Source of the DNA: Myxococcota bacterium
GTDB taxonomy: Bacteria > Myxococcota_A > UBA796 > CAJQPC01
Reading direction: 5' to 3'
Length of the DNA stretch: 64,000 nucleotides
Assembly: GCA_036012755.1 (NCBI GenBank)
Contig: DASCPX010000040.1
Coordinates: forward strand, 32,001 to 96,000
Position 1 is the first letter of the stretch. The number at the start of each line of letters is the position of its first letter. Under the pieces are notes generated by a model, which searched no databases, was not told the origin of the DNA, and worked only from the letters and a program-made list of their open reading frames with translations. A program made the translations under genes and the position numbers. This document shows, piece by piece, positions 1 through 8,686 of this stretch.

Positions 1-515
1 GAGATCTGGCGCATCGTCTCGTTCTGTACGTACATCTCGTAGAACTGTTCGTTGATCGAGCCTAGCGTCTCCTCCAGATAGGCCGCGTCCTCATCGGGAT
101 ACCAGTCGGTCGCCAGCAGCAGATCGTGTGTGTTGCCGTAGCCCATCAGGGGGTAGGGCATGCGGATGTTGACGTCCCAGTCGCCGTTGTCTTCCCAGTC
201 GTCGTCGAGATGGTGGATGCCCTCGATGGCGCGCGCCGCCGCATCAGCGTCATCGTTCAGCCAGGCGAGGAAGGCGTTGGCCTGGGCCACGGCGGCGTTG
301 TGTCCGTGATCGGAAGATGACCAGCCGAAAAGAGAGGTCTCCCTGTAGTCCTCTGCCGCCCGGGCCTCGACGACAACCAGCAGGCTGGCATAGGGCTCTG
401 ACTCGACCCGCTCCAGGATCTCGGCCTTCTGAGAGGCGCGCACCATCAGGCAAGGATGAACGATCTCCACCGGTTGCGGCTCTGACTCGGTACACGCCAG
501 CAACAGGATCATCAT
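1..515 (-). CDS. Lipoprotein, probable heparinase II/III- or alginate-lyase-like polysaccharide lyase; runs off the window edge
   Basis: Not in the ORF track. Manual translation gives MMILLLAC-TESEPQPVEIVHPCLMVRASQKAEILERVESEPYASLL..., open to position 1. The HPxL start and helical pattern resemble lyase N-termini. The start overlaps the stop of the upstream GH105 gene (ATGA). Confidence 0.6.
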   Translation of the reverse strand, partial: MMILLLACTESEPQPVEIVHPCLMVRASQKAEILERVESEPYASLLVVVEARAAEDYRETSLFGWSSSDHGHNAAVAQANAFLAWLNDDADAAARAIEGIHHLDDDWEDNGDWDVNIRMPYPLMGYGNTHDLLLATDWYPDEDAAYLEETLGSINEQFYEMYVQNETMRQI

Positions 516-1642
516 CGAGCGCTCCCGTCGACCTCGGACAACAGCATCACGACGCTGCCGACCCCCAGGATGATGTCGTCCAGCTGGGCCACCGACACGT
601 AGTAGTCGTAGTCGCCGGGGTTGGTGCCGAAGCTGGTGCCCTCGACGACCAGGTCCTCTGTGACGCGATCGCCGACCCCGTCGACCGCGGCGGTGACGGA
701 GACCCGCCAGGCCTCTCCCTCCAGGGCTCCGCTGTCGAGGCCCACCTCGAAGGCGTAGGCGATGAGGGCAGAGCCCGAGGTCTCGGTGTAGTTGCCAGCG
801 CCAGTCGGCCGGTTGAGCACCGTGTACCAGAGGCCGTCATCGGCCTGAAGACTCCGAGTCGCCTCCGCGTGCTCGAGAAACAGCGGCTGGATCGTGTCCC
901 AGGCCGGGTCGTCTGGCCCGACGATGCGCAGCATCTCTGCAGCGGAGACCAGCACCCACGAGTTGCCGCGGTTCCAGTAGACCGCGTCGAGGGGGATGTT
1001 CTCTCCGGCGACATCGTCCCAGGCGTGGCGGTAGAGGCCGTCCTCGCCACGGCAGAGCTCGGAGAACAGCAGGTACTGCTCGACCCAGGCCTCGAGGTGG
1101 GCGCGGTCGCCGGTGCGCTGGTACTCGGAGAGGAGGAAGACGCCGAACATGAACTGGGAGTCCACCCAGACCTGGCCTATCTCCCCGAAGGCCGAGCCCT
1201 CCGCCCAGTGTTCGATCGCACCGCTGTCCGTGCGCGGGGCCGCATCCAGGTAGGCATGCGCGGCCTCCGTGATCGGCTCGAGCTCGAGGCTGGGCTCCTC
1301 GACCATCACGCTGGAGGCGAGCAGAGCCGGGGACATCGAGTCGCTGGAGTGGAAGGTCCTGGGGTCGTCGCCGGTGAATCCATCCACGTGGTCCTCCATC
1401 CACGCAGCGTCGAGGCCCAGCCAGGCGTCATCGCCGGAGGCCAGGTGCAGGCGAAGGAGTCCGTAGCCCCAGACCGTCTGCATCCAGTCGAAGGGCAGGT
1501 CCTCGACCGGCCAGGTCTGGGCGCCACGCTCGGCCAGCGCGGCGGCCAGGGCAAGCGTCTCGTGAGCGCCCTCGCCCGTGTCGGCGGGCTCTCCAGTACA
1601 AGCTGTGAGAAACAGGACCACGGTGAAAACGATAACGGTCAC
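512..1642 (-). CDS. Glycoside hydrolase family 88/105 (unsaturated glycuronyl hydrolase), lipoprotein
   Basis: Motifs WVDSQFM, YWNRGNSW, LQADDGLW, YTETSGSALIAY. Start re-called to GTG 1642, which gives the signal VTVIVFTVVLFLTA-C. Confidence 0.85.
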   Translation of the reverse strand: MTVIVFTVVLFLTACTGEPADTGEGAHETLALAAALAERGAQTWPVEDLPFDWMQTVWGYGLLRLHLASGDDAWLGLDAAWMEDHVDGFTGDDPRTFHSSDSMSPALLASSVMVEEPSLELEPITEAAHAYLDAAPRTDSGAIEHWAEGSAFGEIGQVWVDSQFMFGVFLLSEYQRTGDRAHLEAWVEQYLLFSELCRGEDGLYRHAWDDVAGENIPLDAVYWNRGNSWVLVSAAEMLRIVGPDDPAWDTIQPLFLEHAEATRSLQADDGLWYTVLNRPTGAGNYTETSGSALIAYAFEVGLDSGALEGEAWRVSVTAAVDGVGDRVTEDLVVEGTSFGTNPGDYDYYVSVAQLDDIILGVGSVVMLLSEVDGSAR

Positions 1643-1704
1643 GCTTCCGTCTGGCGCGCCTACTGGAGATGTCGGACTCACCCTCGCCCTCGTGGTCTGG
1701 TGGA

Positions 1705-2054
1705 TGGCCTGGTACGGCCGCGCCCCGGGAAGGGCCGTCGTCCCAGGACTGCTCGGGGGCTCGCTGGCATTCGGCGCCCCACTGCTGGCCCGGCTCGGCG
1801 GCTTCGTGTCCCTCGGCTGCGGCGCCACTCCCAGCTGCCTGACCGCTGCCATCGCTGGAGGCGTGGGCGCTGGCGTGCTGGTCGCCCTGATCTCCAGGGG
1901 ACGCTTCCAGGCCCTGCTGTGGGGCCTGGCCGTGGCGGGTGGCCTGGCGGCCCTGACCTGCCTGCCCCTCGGGGGAACCGCGCTGCTCGCTGCAGGAGCC
2001 GCCGCCGCCATCTCCGCGCCCCTCGTGAGGCTGGTTCGCCCAGCCACCGCCTGA
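1705..2054 (+). CDS. Small Gly/Ala/Leu-rich membrane protein; start uncertain
   Basis: 3' part of ORF 1578..2054, with several hydrophobic segments. It fills the gap between divergent genes. Confidence 0.5.
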
Positions 2055-2089
2055 AGGAACTTCCCAGGTAGGATCGCGTCCAAGGCCCC

Positions 2090-2491
2090 ATGCTCCTATT
2101 CGTACTGTCCTGCGGCCCGAAGAAGCCGCCTCCCGTCGCCATCGCAGCCCCCGTCGAGGGATTCGGCCTGTCGAAGGAGGTGCCGGTCCACGTCTGCCTG
2201 CCTGACGGCGAGCAGCTCTACCTGGCCAGCCTGCAGTGCCCTGATGGCTCTCCGCCGAGCTTCGCGCGCGCCGGCAACGTCGGCCCCAGGAACTCGGTGC
2301 CCGACGACCAGATGATGGCGATGATCGACCCCTACTACGTGCTGCCAGAGGGACAGATCGACGGACACATCATCGACCTCTACGAGGTGCTCTGCGCTGA
2401 TGGGTCGCGAGTCGACGTGTACATGGACATGTACCACTGCACAGACCCCCACCCGCTGTTGTCGGTGGACGTGCTCAGTCCTCGAGAGTGA
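2090..2491 (+). CDS. Hypothetical lipoprotein
   Basis: Signal MLLFVLS-C. The globular domain is Cys-containing (YLASLQCPDG...HIIDLYEVLC...YMDMYHC). Confidence 0.7.
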   Translation: MLLFVLSCGPKKPPPVAIAAPVEGFGLSKEVPVHVCLPDGEQLYLASLQCPDGSPPSFARAGNVGPRNSVPDDQMMAMIDPYYVLPEGQIDGHIIDLYEVLCADGSRVDVYMDMYHCTDPHPLLSVDVLSPRE

Positions 2492-2500
2492 AGCTCCGAG

Positions 2501-3292
2501 CTACTCCCCGAGCCAGGAGTCCAGGACCAGGGTAGTGGCCTCCGGGCTCCAGCCGTGACCGTTTCCACCCAGCTCGATGCTGTGGAAGACGTACTCGTGG
2601 CCGTGCTCTTCGAGGTCCTCGACGAGCTGCTCGGAGTAGCGGTACGGCACGACCTCGTCGTCCGGGTCGTGCACGACGACGAAGGGCAGCTTCGGGTCCG
2701 GCTCCGGGTCCGGGTAGTCGAAGTAGCCCCCGATGCCAGCGGACATCACCACCGCAGAGGTGATCCCGCGCGGCTCGTAGAGCCCCCAGTAGCAAGCCAT
2801 GTGCCCACCGGCGGAGGTGCCCGCGAAGGTGACTCGCGCCAGGTCGATGTCGTAGCGGCTCGCGGCGTCTGCGATCATCGCCTCCATCTGGGGCACGAGC
2901 TCGAGGGACCATCCGTGCTCCTGGGGGCCCTCGGCGTCCTCCAGGAAGGGCACCATCAGGACGTAGCCGCGCTCCTCTGCCTCGTAGGGCAGCATCGAGC
3001 CCATCGGATCCATCCAGAAGCCGTCCCGCACGGAGCCGGCCTGGTTGCCGCCGTGCCCGAAGAGCAACAGCGGAGCACACTCGGTGGACGCCAGAGGCAC
3101 ATAGAGCCAGTAGCTCTGGCCGTCAGCCTCGAAGAAGTCATAGCCGACCCCACCTCCAGCGCCTCCCGAGCAGTCCGGCTCGACCGTGTCGTCACTGTCG
3201 GGGCTCCCCGACTCGACGATCAGGCTGTCGTCTCCGCCTTGGCGGCCCACGAAGACGGAATCGCACGCGAGAAGGGTCCAGAGCATCGGCAT
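2501..3292 (-). CDS. Alpha/beta-hydrolase (esterase/PHB-depolymerase-like) lipoprotein
   Basis: Nucleophile elbow GTSAGG, oxyanion GHGG, acid DDEVVP, His GHGW. Signal MLWTLLA-C. Confidence 0.85.
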   Translation of the reverse strand: MPMLWTLLACDSVFVGRQGGDDSLIVESGSPDSDDTVEPDCSGGAGGGVGYDFFEADGQSYWLYVPLASTECAPLLLFGHGGNQAGSVRDGFWMDPMGSMLPYEAEERGYVLMVPFLEDAEGPQEHGWSLELVPQMEAMIADAASRYDIDLARVTFAGTSAGGHMACYWGLYEPRGITSAVVMSAGIGGYFDYPDPEPDPKLPFVVVHDPDDEVVPYRYSEQLVEDLEEHGHEYVFHSIELGGNGHGWSPEATTLVLDSWLGE

Positions 3293-3330
3293 GAAGCGAC
3301 CTTAGCCGGTTAGTCCCGAGGTCCACCGAG

Positions 3331-4632
3331 GTGTTGATGACACTGTTGATGCTGGGCTCGGCGATCGCGTCGGAGCTGACGATTCCTCACGAGATCTACG
3401 AACTGGACAACGGGCTCACGGTCATCCTGGCAGAGGATCACGACGTCCCCATCGTGCAGGTCAACCTCTGGTACCACGTCGGCAGCAAGGACGAGGTCGA
3501 GGGCCGCACCGGCTTCGCCCACCTCTTCGAGCACCTGATGTTCCAGGGCTCGGACAACAACGAGCAGGACTACTTCACCCACCTCCAAGAGGTCGGGGGA
3601 CGCGTCAACGGCACGACGAACCTCGACCGGACGAACTACTTCGAGGGCGTCCCCGCCGAATACCTCCCGCTCGCTCTGTGGTCCGAAGCAGACCGCATGG
3701 GCTGGCTCATCGTCGACCAGGAGCGTCTCGCCAACCAGCAGGACGTCGTCCGCAACGAGCGCCGTCAGCGCTACGAGAATCGACCCTACGGGACGAGCTG
3801 GATCAGCCTCCTGGAGAACGTCTTCCCAGAGGGCCACCCCTACCACCACCCGACGATCGGCAACCACGAGGACCTGGAGGCCGCGACCCTCGAGGACGTC
3901 CAGGCCTTCTTCGACACCTGGTACGTGCCCAACAACGCCTCGCTCGTGATCTGCGGCGACTTCGAGCCCGGCACGGCCAAGGAGCTCGTCGAGCTCTACT
4001 TCGGCGAGATCCCCGCCTCCACCGAGCCGACCCACGCAGTCGCTCCGGAGTACAGCCTCGACGAGGAGATCGTCGTCCGCCAGGTCGAAGAAGGCGTCCC
4101 CCACGACCGGGTCTGGATCGCCTGGCCCTCTCCAGCGCTCTATGCCCCCGGAGACGCCGAACTCGACCTCGCCAGCGCGGCGCTGACCGACGGGAAGGAA
4201 GGCCGCCTAACCAGGGCGCTGGTGATGGAAGAGCAGATCGCCAAGAGCGTCGATGCATACCAGGCCAGCTTTGGGCTGGGCTCGATGTACGTCATCGAGG
4301 CCACCGCGGCGAAGGGACACACCACGGACGAGCTCGTGAAGCGCATCGATGAGATCGTCGCCGACTTCATCGAGCAGGGGCCCACGGCAGAGGAGATCGC
4401 CGTCGGCCAGACCGCCTACGAAGTCCGCTTCATCAAGGGCCTCGGCACGGTGCATGCCAAGTCCAACAAGCTGAACAGCTACTACTACTTCACGGGTGAC
4501 CCGGACTGGGTGGAAGAGGACCTCCAGCGCTACCTCGACGCCTCGGACGAGAGCGTCAAGGCCGCCCTCCAGGAGACCCTCGGCAGCCCTGGCCGCCTCG
4601 TACTCCACATCGGCCCCGGGGAGGTGGAGTGA
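3331..4632 (+). CDS. M16 family zinc peptidase, catalytic subunit
   Basis: GFAHLFEHLMF inverted zinc motif, NGTTNLDRTNY, HPYHHPTIG, WYVPNNA. Confidence 0.95.
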   Translation: MLMTLLMLGSAIASELTIPHEIYELDNGLTVILAEDHDVPIVQVNLWYHVGSKDEVEGRTGFAHLFEHLMFQGSDNNEQDYFTHLQEVGGRVNGTTNLDRTNYFEGVPAEYLPLALWSEADRMGWLIVDQERLANQQDVVRNERRQRYENRPYGTSWISLLENVFPEGHPYHHPTIGNHEDLEAATLEDVQAFFDTWYVPNNASLVICGDFEPGTAKELVELYFGEIPASTEPTHAVAPEYSLDEEIVVRQVEEGVPHDRVWIAWPSPALYAPGDAELDLASAALTDGKEGRLTRALVMEEQIAKSVDAYQASFGLGSMYVIEATAAKGHTTDELVKRIDEIVADFIEQGPTAEEIAVGQTAYEVRFIKGLGTVHAKSNKLNSYYYFTGDPDWVEEDLQRYLDASDESVKAALQETLGSPGRLVLHIGPGEVE

Positions 4633-6068
4633 TGCTGCTCTTCGCCATCATGGTCGGCTGCCCCAAGAAGACTCCAGATGTCGTCCCCGTCGAGGCCCCG
4701 CCCTTCGACCGCAGCGTCCGCCCCGCGCCACTGGACCGAGGCGAGTTCGCTTTGCCAGAGGCCCACACCGGCGCTCTCTCCAACGGCCTCACTGTCATCG
4801 TGGTGGAGAACCACGAGTTGCCACTGTTCGAGCTCCGCATGGTCAGCCGAGCAGGCACGTGGACGGATCCGGAGGGTCGAGAGGGCCTGGCCAACGCAAC
4901 GATGGACATGCTCAACGAGGGCACCCGAGAGCACGACGCCATCAGCCTGTCCGCGGCGCTGCGGGCCCTCGGCTCCTCGGTCGGCTCTTCGGCAGGCCTC
5001 GACTCCTCCAGCGTCTCCGCCTCCGGCTTGAAGAAGAACCTCGAGCCGACCCTGGATCTCTGGGCCGAAGTGCTCCTGCAGCCGACCTTCCCCGAGAGCG
5101 AGTGGGAGCGCATCGAGAAGCAGAGCCTGCAGGCCATCGAGGCCTCGCGAAAGGACCCCAACGACATCGCGGGGCGGGTCTTCGATCGAGTGCTCTACGG
5201 CGAGGTCTACGACGGCCGCTTCCGCACACCGGAGAGCGTCGGGAGCCTCGACGTCGAGCAGATGAAGGCCTGGTACACGGCGCACTTCGTACCCGCCAAC
5301 AGCATCGTGCTCGTCGGCGGCGACACGACCCTGTCGGAGATCACACCTCTGCTCGAATCCCGCATCGGAAGCTGGGAAGCCGGCGATGCCCTCGAGGCGC
5401 CGAGCTTCGAGACCACACAACCAGCGATTACGACCCTCTACGTCGTCCACAAGGCGGACGCCGCCCAGTCGGTGATCCGGGCCGGACGCTTCGTGCCCGA
5501 TCGCGGCAGCGACAGCTGGAACGACCTCTACCTCGGCAACACCGTCTTCGGAGGCATGTTCACCGCGCGCCTGAACATGAACCTACGCGAGGACAAGGGC
5601 TGGACTTACGGAGCCAGATCAACGATCTGGCATGGTTACGGGGCATCCGGGTGGATGGCCTACACCTCGGTGGTGTCCGAGCAGACAGCACCTTCGGTGA
5701 GTGAGATCCTCGCCGAGCTCGCTGGTGTCGGTGCTGAGTCGCCCCTGTCCCCGGACGAGGTCGCCTACATGAAGTCGAGCCGCATCCACGGCTACCCAGC
5801 GCGCTTCGAGAACGTTGGCTCCACCCTCGGCTCGGAGAGCGACACCTGGCTCTACGGCCTGCCGGACGACTTCGCCGACACCTACCTCTCTCGGATGGAA
5901 GCTGTCACCCCAGAGGGGGCGCAGAGTGCGTTCTCCGAGTACGTGAGTACACAGGCACTGTCGATCCTCGTCGTCGGCGACCTCGAGAAGAACCGGGAGG
6001 CGCTCGCCGCCCTCGGCCTTCCGATGGTGGAGCTCGATGTAGAGGGAGACCCCATCTCCAAGGAGTGA
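4632..6068 (+). CDS. M16 family peptidase, non-catalytic partner subunit, lipoprotein
   Basis: No HxxEH. Carries the M16B partner motif FTARLNMNLREDKGWTYG and a lipobox IMVG-C. Translationally coupled to the upstream gene. Confidence 0.92.
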   Translation: MLLFAIMVGCPKKTPDVVPVEAPPFDRSVRPAPLDRGEFALPEAHTGALSNGLTVIVVENHELPLFELRMVSRAGTWTDPEGREGLANATMDMLNEGTREHDAISLSAALRALGSSVGSSAGLDSSSVSASGLKKNLEPTLDLWAEVLLQPTFPESEWERIEKQSLQAIEASRKDPNDIAGRVFDRVLYGEVYDGRFRTPESVGSLDVEQMKAWYTAHFVPANSIVLVGGDTTLSEITPLLESRIGSWEAGDALEAPSFETTQPAITTLYVVHKADAAQSVIRAGRFVPDRGSDSWNDLYLGNTVFGGMFTARLNMNLREDKGWTYGARSTIWHGYGASGWMAYTSVVSEQTAPSVSEILAELAGVGAESPLSPDEVAYMKSSRIHGYPARFENVGSTLGSESDTWLYGLPDDFADTYLSRMEAVTPEGAQSAFSEYVSTQALSILVVGDLEKNREALAALGLPMVELDVEGDPISKE

Positions 6069-6071
6069 GTC

Positions 6072-7010
6072 GTGTCCATCAAGAGTGATTTCATCTGGAT
6101 GGACGGGGATCTGGTCCCCTTCGACCAGGCCACGGTGCACGTCCTCAGCCACACGCTGCACTACGGGCTCGGCGTCTTCGAGGGTATCCGCGCCTACGAA
6201 CAGGCGCCGGGCGTCGGGGGCGTGTTCAAGCTCGACGACCACCTCGAGCGCCTCTTCGACTCCGCGAAGATGTGCATGATCAAGGTGCCCTTCTCCTACG
6301 ACCAGCTTCGCGACGCCTGCCTGGAGACCCTGCGCATCAACAGGCTGACAGAGGGCTACATCCGCCCGCTGATCTGGCTGGGGAGCGGACAGATGGGGCT
6401 CGGAGCTCGCGGAAACCAGGTCCACGTGGGCATCGCGGTCTGGAAGTGGGGGGCCTACCTCGGAGAGGGCCTGACCAAGGGCATCCGGGCCGGAACGAGC
6501 AGCTTCACCCGTCACGCCGTGAACTCGAACCTGCAGCGCGCGAAGGTCACCGGTCACTACGTCAACAGCATCCTCGCCCGCTACGAAGCCAACAAAAACG
6601 GCTACGACGAGGCGATCATGCTCGACCACAACGGCTACGTCGCCGAGGGCACGGGCGAGAACCTCTTCGCCATGCGGCGGGGGAAGATCAAGACCCCCAG
6701 CATCACGAACATCCTGGGCGGCATCACCCGCAAGACCGCCATCCAGATCCTGCATGAGCTGGGCTACCCCGTCATCGAGACCCAGTTCGGTCGGGACCTG
6801 CTGTATGTCGCGGACGAGGTCTTCATGACCGGAACCGCCGCCGAGATCACCCCGGTCATCGAGGTCGATCACCGCGTCGTCGGCGCTCCCAACGAGCTCG
6901 GCGAGGGCAGCCCGGGCGCGCTCACGCTGCAGATACAGGACATCTACCTGCGTGGCGTGCGCGGCCAGGTGGACTGGATGAGGCCCTTCATCACCCGCTT
7001 CGAGGTCTGA
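6072..7010 (+). CDS. ilvE: Branched-chain amino acid aminotransferase
   Basis: HTLHYGLGVFEGIRAY, AKVTGHYVNS (PLP lysine), AEGTGENLF, LGGITR, FMTGTAAEITPV. Confidence 0.95.
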   Translation: MSIKSDFIWMDGDLVPFDQATVHVLSHTLHYGLGVFEGIRAYEQAPGVGGVFKLDDHLERLFDSAKMCMIKVPFSYDQLRDACLETLRINRLTEGYIRPLIWLGSGQMGLGARGNQVHVGIAVWKWGAYLGEGLTKGIRAGTSSFTRHAVNSNLQRAKVTGHYVNSILARYEANKNGYDEAIMLDHNGYVAEGTGENLFAMRRGKIKTPSITNILGGITRKTAIQILHELGYPVIETQFGRDLLYVADEVFMTGTAAEITPVIEVDHRVVGAPNELGEGSPGALTLQIQDIYLRGVRGQVDWMRPFITRFEV

Positions 7011-7054
7011 TCGGGCGGACAGAATCTGGCAGGTCGCGGCGTTACCCCGACGGG

Positions 7055-8682
7055 GTGAACGCGCTCTCCTCTTTCTCCGAGCCCACCCGAGCCTGGTTCG
7101 AGTCCGCTTTTGCTGCGCCGACGCGGGTGCAGCAGGAGGGTTGGGCGCGCATCCAGGCGGACAAACACGCGCTCTTGTTGGCGCCGACCGGAAGCGGCAA
7201 GACCCTGGCTGCCTTCCTCTGGTCGATCGACCGCCTGCTGCGCCTGCCGGAAGACGCGGAGCCCGGCGTGCGGGTGCTCTACATCAGCCCGCTCAAGGCG
7301 CTCGTCTATGACATCGAGCGCAACCTCCGGGCTCCCCTCGGCGGGATCCAGCTGGCGGCGGAGGGCATGGGCCTTCCGCTTCGTCACGTCACCCACTCGG
7401 TTCGGACCGGGGACACTCCCCAGAAGGCGCGGCGGGACTTCAAGAAGCACCCGCCGGAGATCTTCATCACGACCCCCGAGTCGCTCTTCCTGGTCCTCAC
7501 GAGTGAGGCGAGAGAGGCTCTCCGTACAGTCGACACCGTCATCGTCGACGAGATCCATACGATGGCCGGCACCAAGCGCGGGGCCCACCTCGCGCTGTCG
7601 CTGGAGCGCCTGTCCGAGATCACGAACGTAGAGCCCCGCCGCATCGGTCTCTCCGCGACCCAGCGGCCCTTGGAGACCATCGCCGGCTACCTCGGCGGGG
7701 ACCGGGACGTGGCGATCGTCGACGCCTCAGAGGATCCGCACCTCGACCTGCGCATCGTTGTCCCGGTCCACGACATGGAGCGCCCCTGACTGCGCCCTCC
7801 AGAGTCCCGCCAGAGTCCGATAACCGAAACGATAAACCTTACTTACGAGGGCAAGGACGACAAGAGCATCTGGCCGACCATCCACCCACGGCTCCTGGAG
7901 CTCATCCGGGCTCACCGCACGACGATCCTCTTCACGAACAGCCGGCTCTTGTGCGAGAAGCTGAGCCAGCGCCTGAACGAGCTCGCAGGAGAGGAGCTGG
8001 TCCTCGCTCACCACGGCAGCATCGCCCACCATCGCCGAGCCCACGTCGAGGAGCTGCTCAAGACCGGCCAGCTCAAGGCCCTGGTGGCGACCTCGAGCTT
8101 GGAGCTCGGCATCGACATGGGCAGCGTCGATCTCGTGATCCAGGTCGAGTCCCCCGGCAGCGTCGCTCGCGGACTCCAGCGGGCCGGACGAGCCGGACAT
8201 GGAGTCGGGAGGAGTCTGGAAAGGTGCGCCGTGGTTGGTTCGTCGAAGGACTCAGCGGAGCTCAGTTCGCGATGCCCGGCGGGGTCGACGGGTTGCGCGC
8301 CGCGACCGCCGAGGAGCCGCTGGTCCTCTCGGCGCTGGACCCGGCCAACGCCTGGGGCGCGCTGCTGCCCTGGCCAGAGAGCCCCGGAACCGCCTCCCCC
8401 CGCCGGGCGACGGGATCGGTGGTGGTCCTCCATGGCGGCGAGCCGCTGTTGTGGCTGCCACGCTCCGGAAAGTCGATGGTCACCTTCCCAGCGGCCAGGG
8501 AATCCGAGCGCCTCGCACAGGGACTGCTCCTGTTGAAGGCCCGCCTGAGCCGGTTCTTCGACAGGAGCCTCGTCGTCGCGCAGGTTGACGGCGCCCCCGC
8601 CACAGAGACCCCACTTGTCGAGACCCTGCTGGCCGGTGGCTTCCAGATCGAAGACGGACGGCTTCGGCTCGTCGACTTCTGA
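7055..8682 (+). pseudogene. lhr: Lhr-like DEAD/H helicase with an in-frame TGA, a large internal deletion and a frameshift
   Basis: APTGSGKT, YISPLKAL, TTPESL, DEIH, GLSAT, then TGA at 7787-7789. The same frame resumes with SIWP...AHHGS...ATSSLELGIDMG...QRAGRAGH. At ~8205 it switches frame to the Lhr C-terminal motif EESGKVRRGWFVEGLSGAQFA...DPANAWGALLPWP. Confidence 0.85.
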
Positions 8683-8686
8683 CTCG

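Noticed and set aside
317..2071. 584-aa plus-strand ORF and similar long ORFs (30271..31857, 34251..36881, 37049..39091, 49054..52386, 55580..57517)
   Set aside because: These are antisense or alternate-frame shadows of well-supported genes in high-GC DNA, with no recognisable motifs.
7787..7789. In-frame TGA in lhr as selenocysteine or programmed readthrough
   Set aside because: It lies in a variable linker, not at a Cys position. The gene also carries a large deletion and a frameshift, so decay is the simpler explanation.
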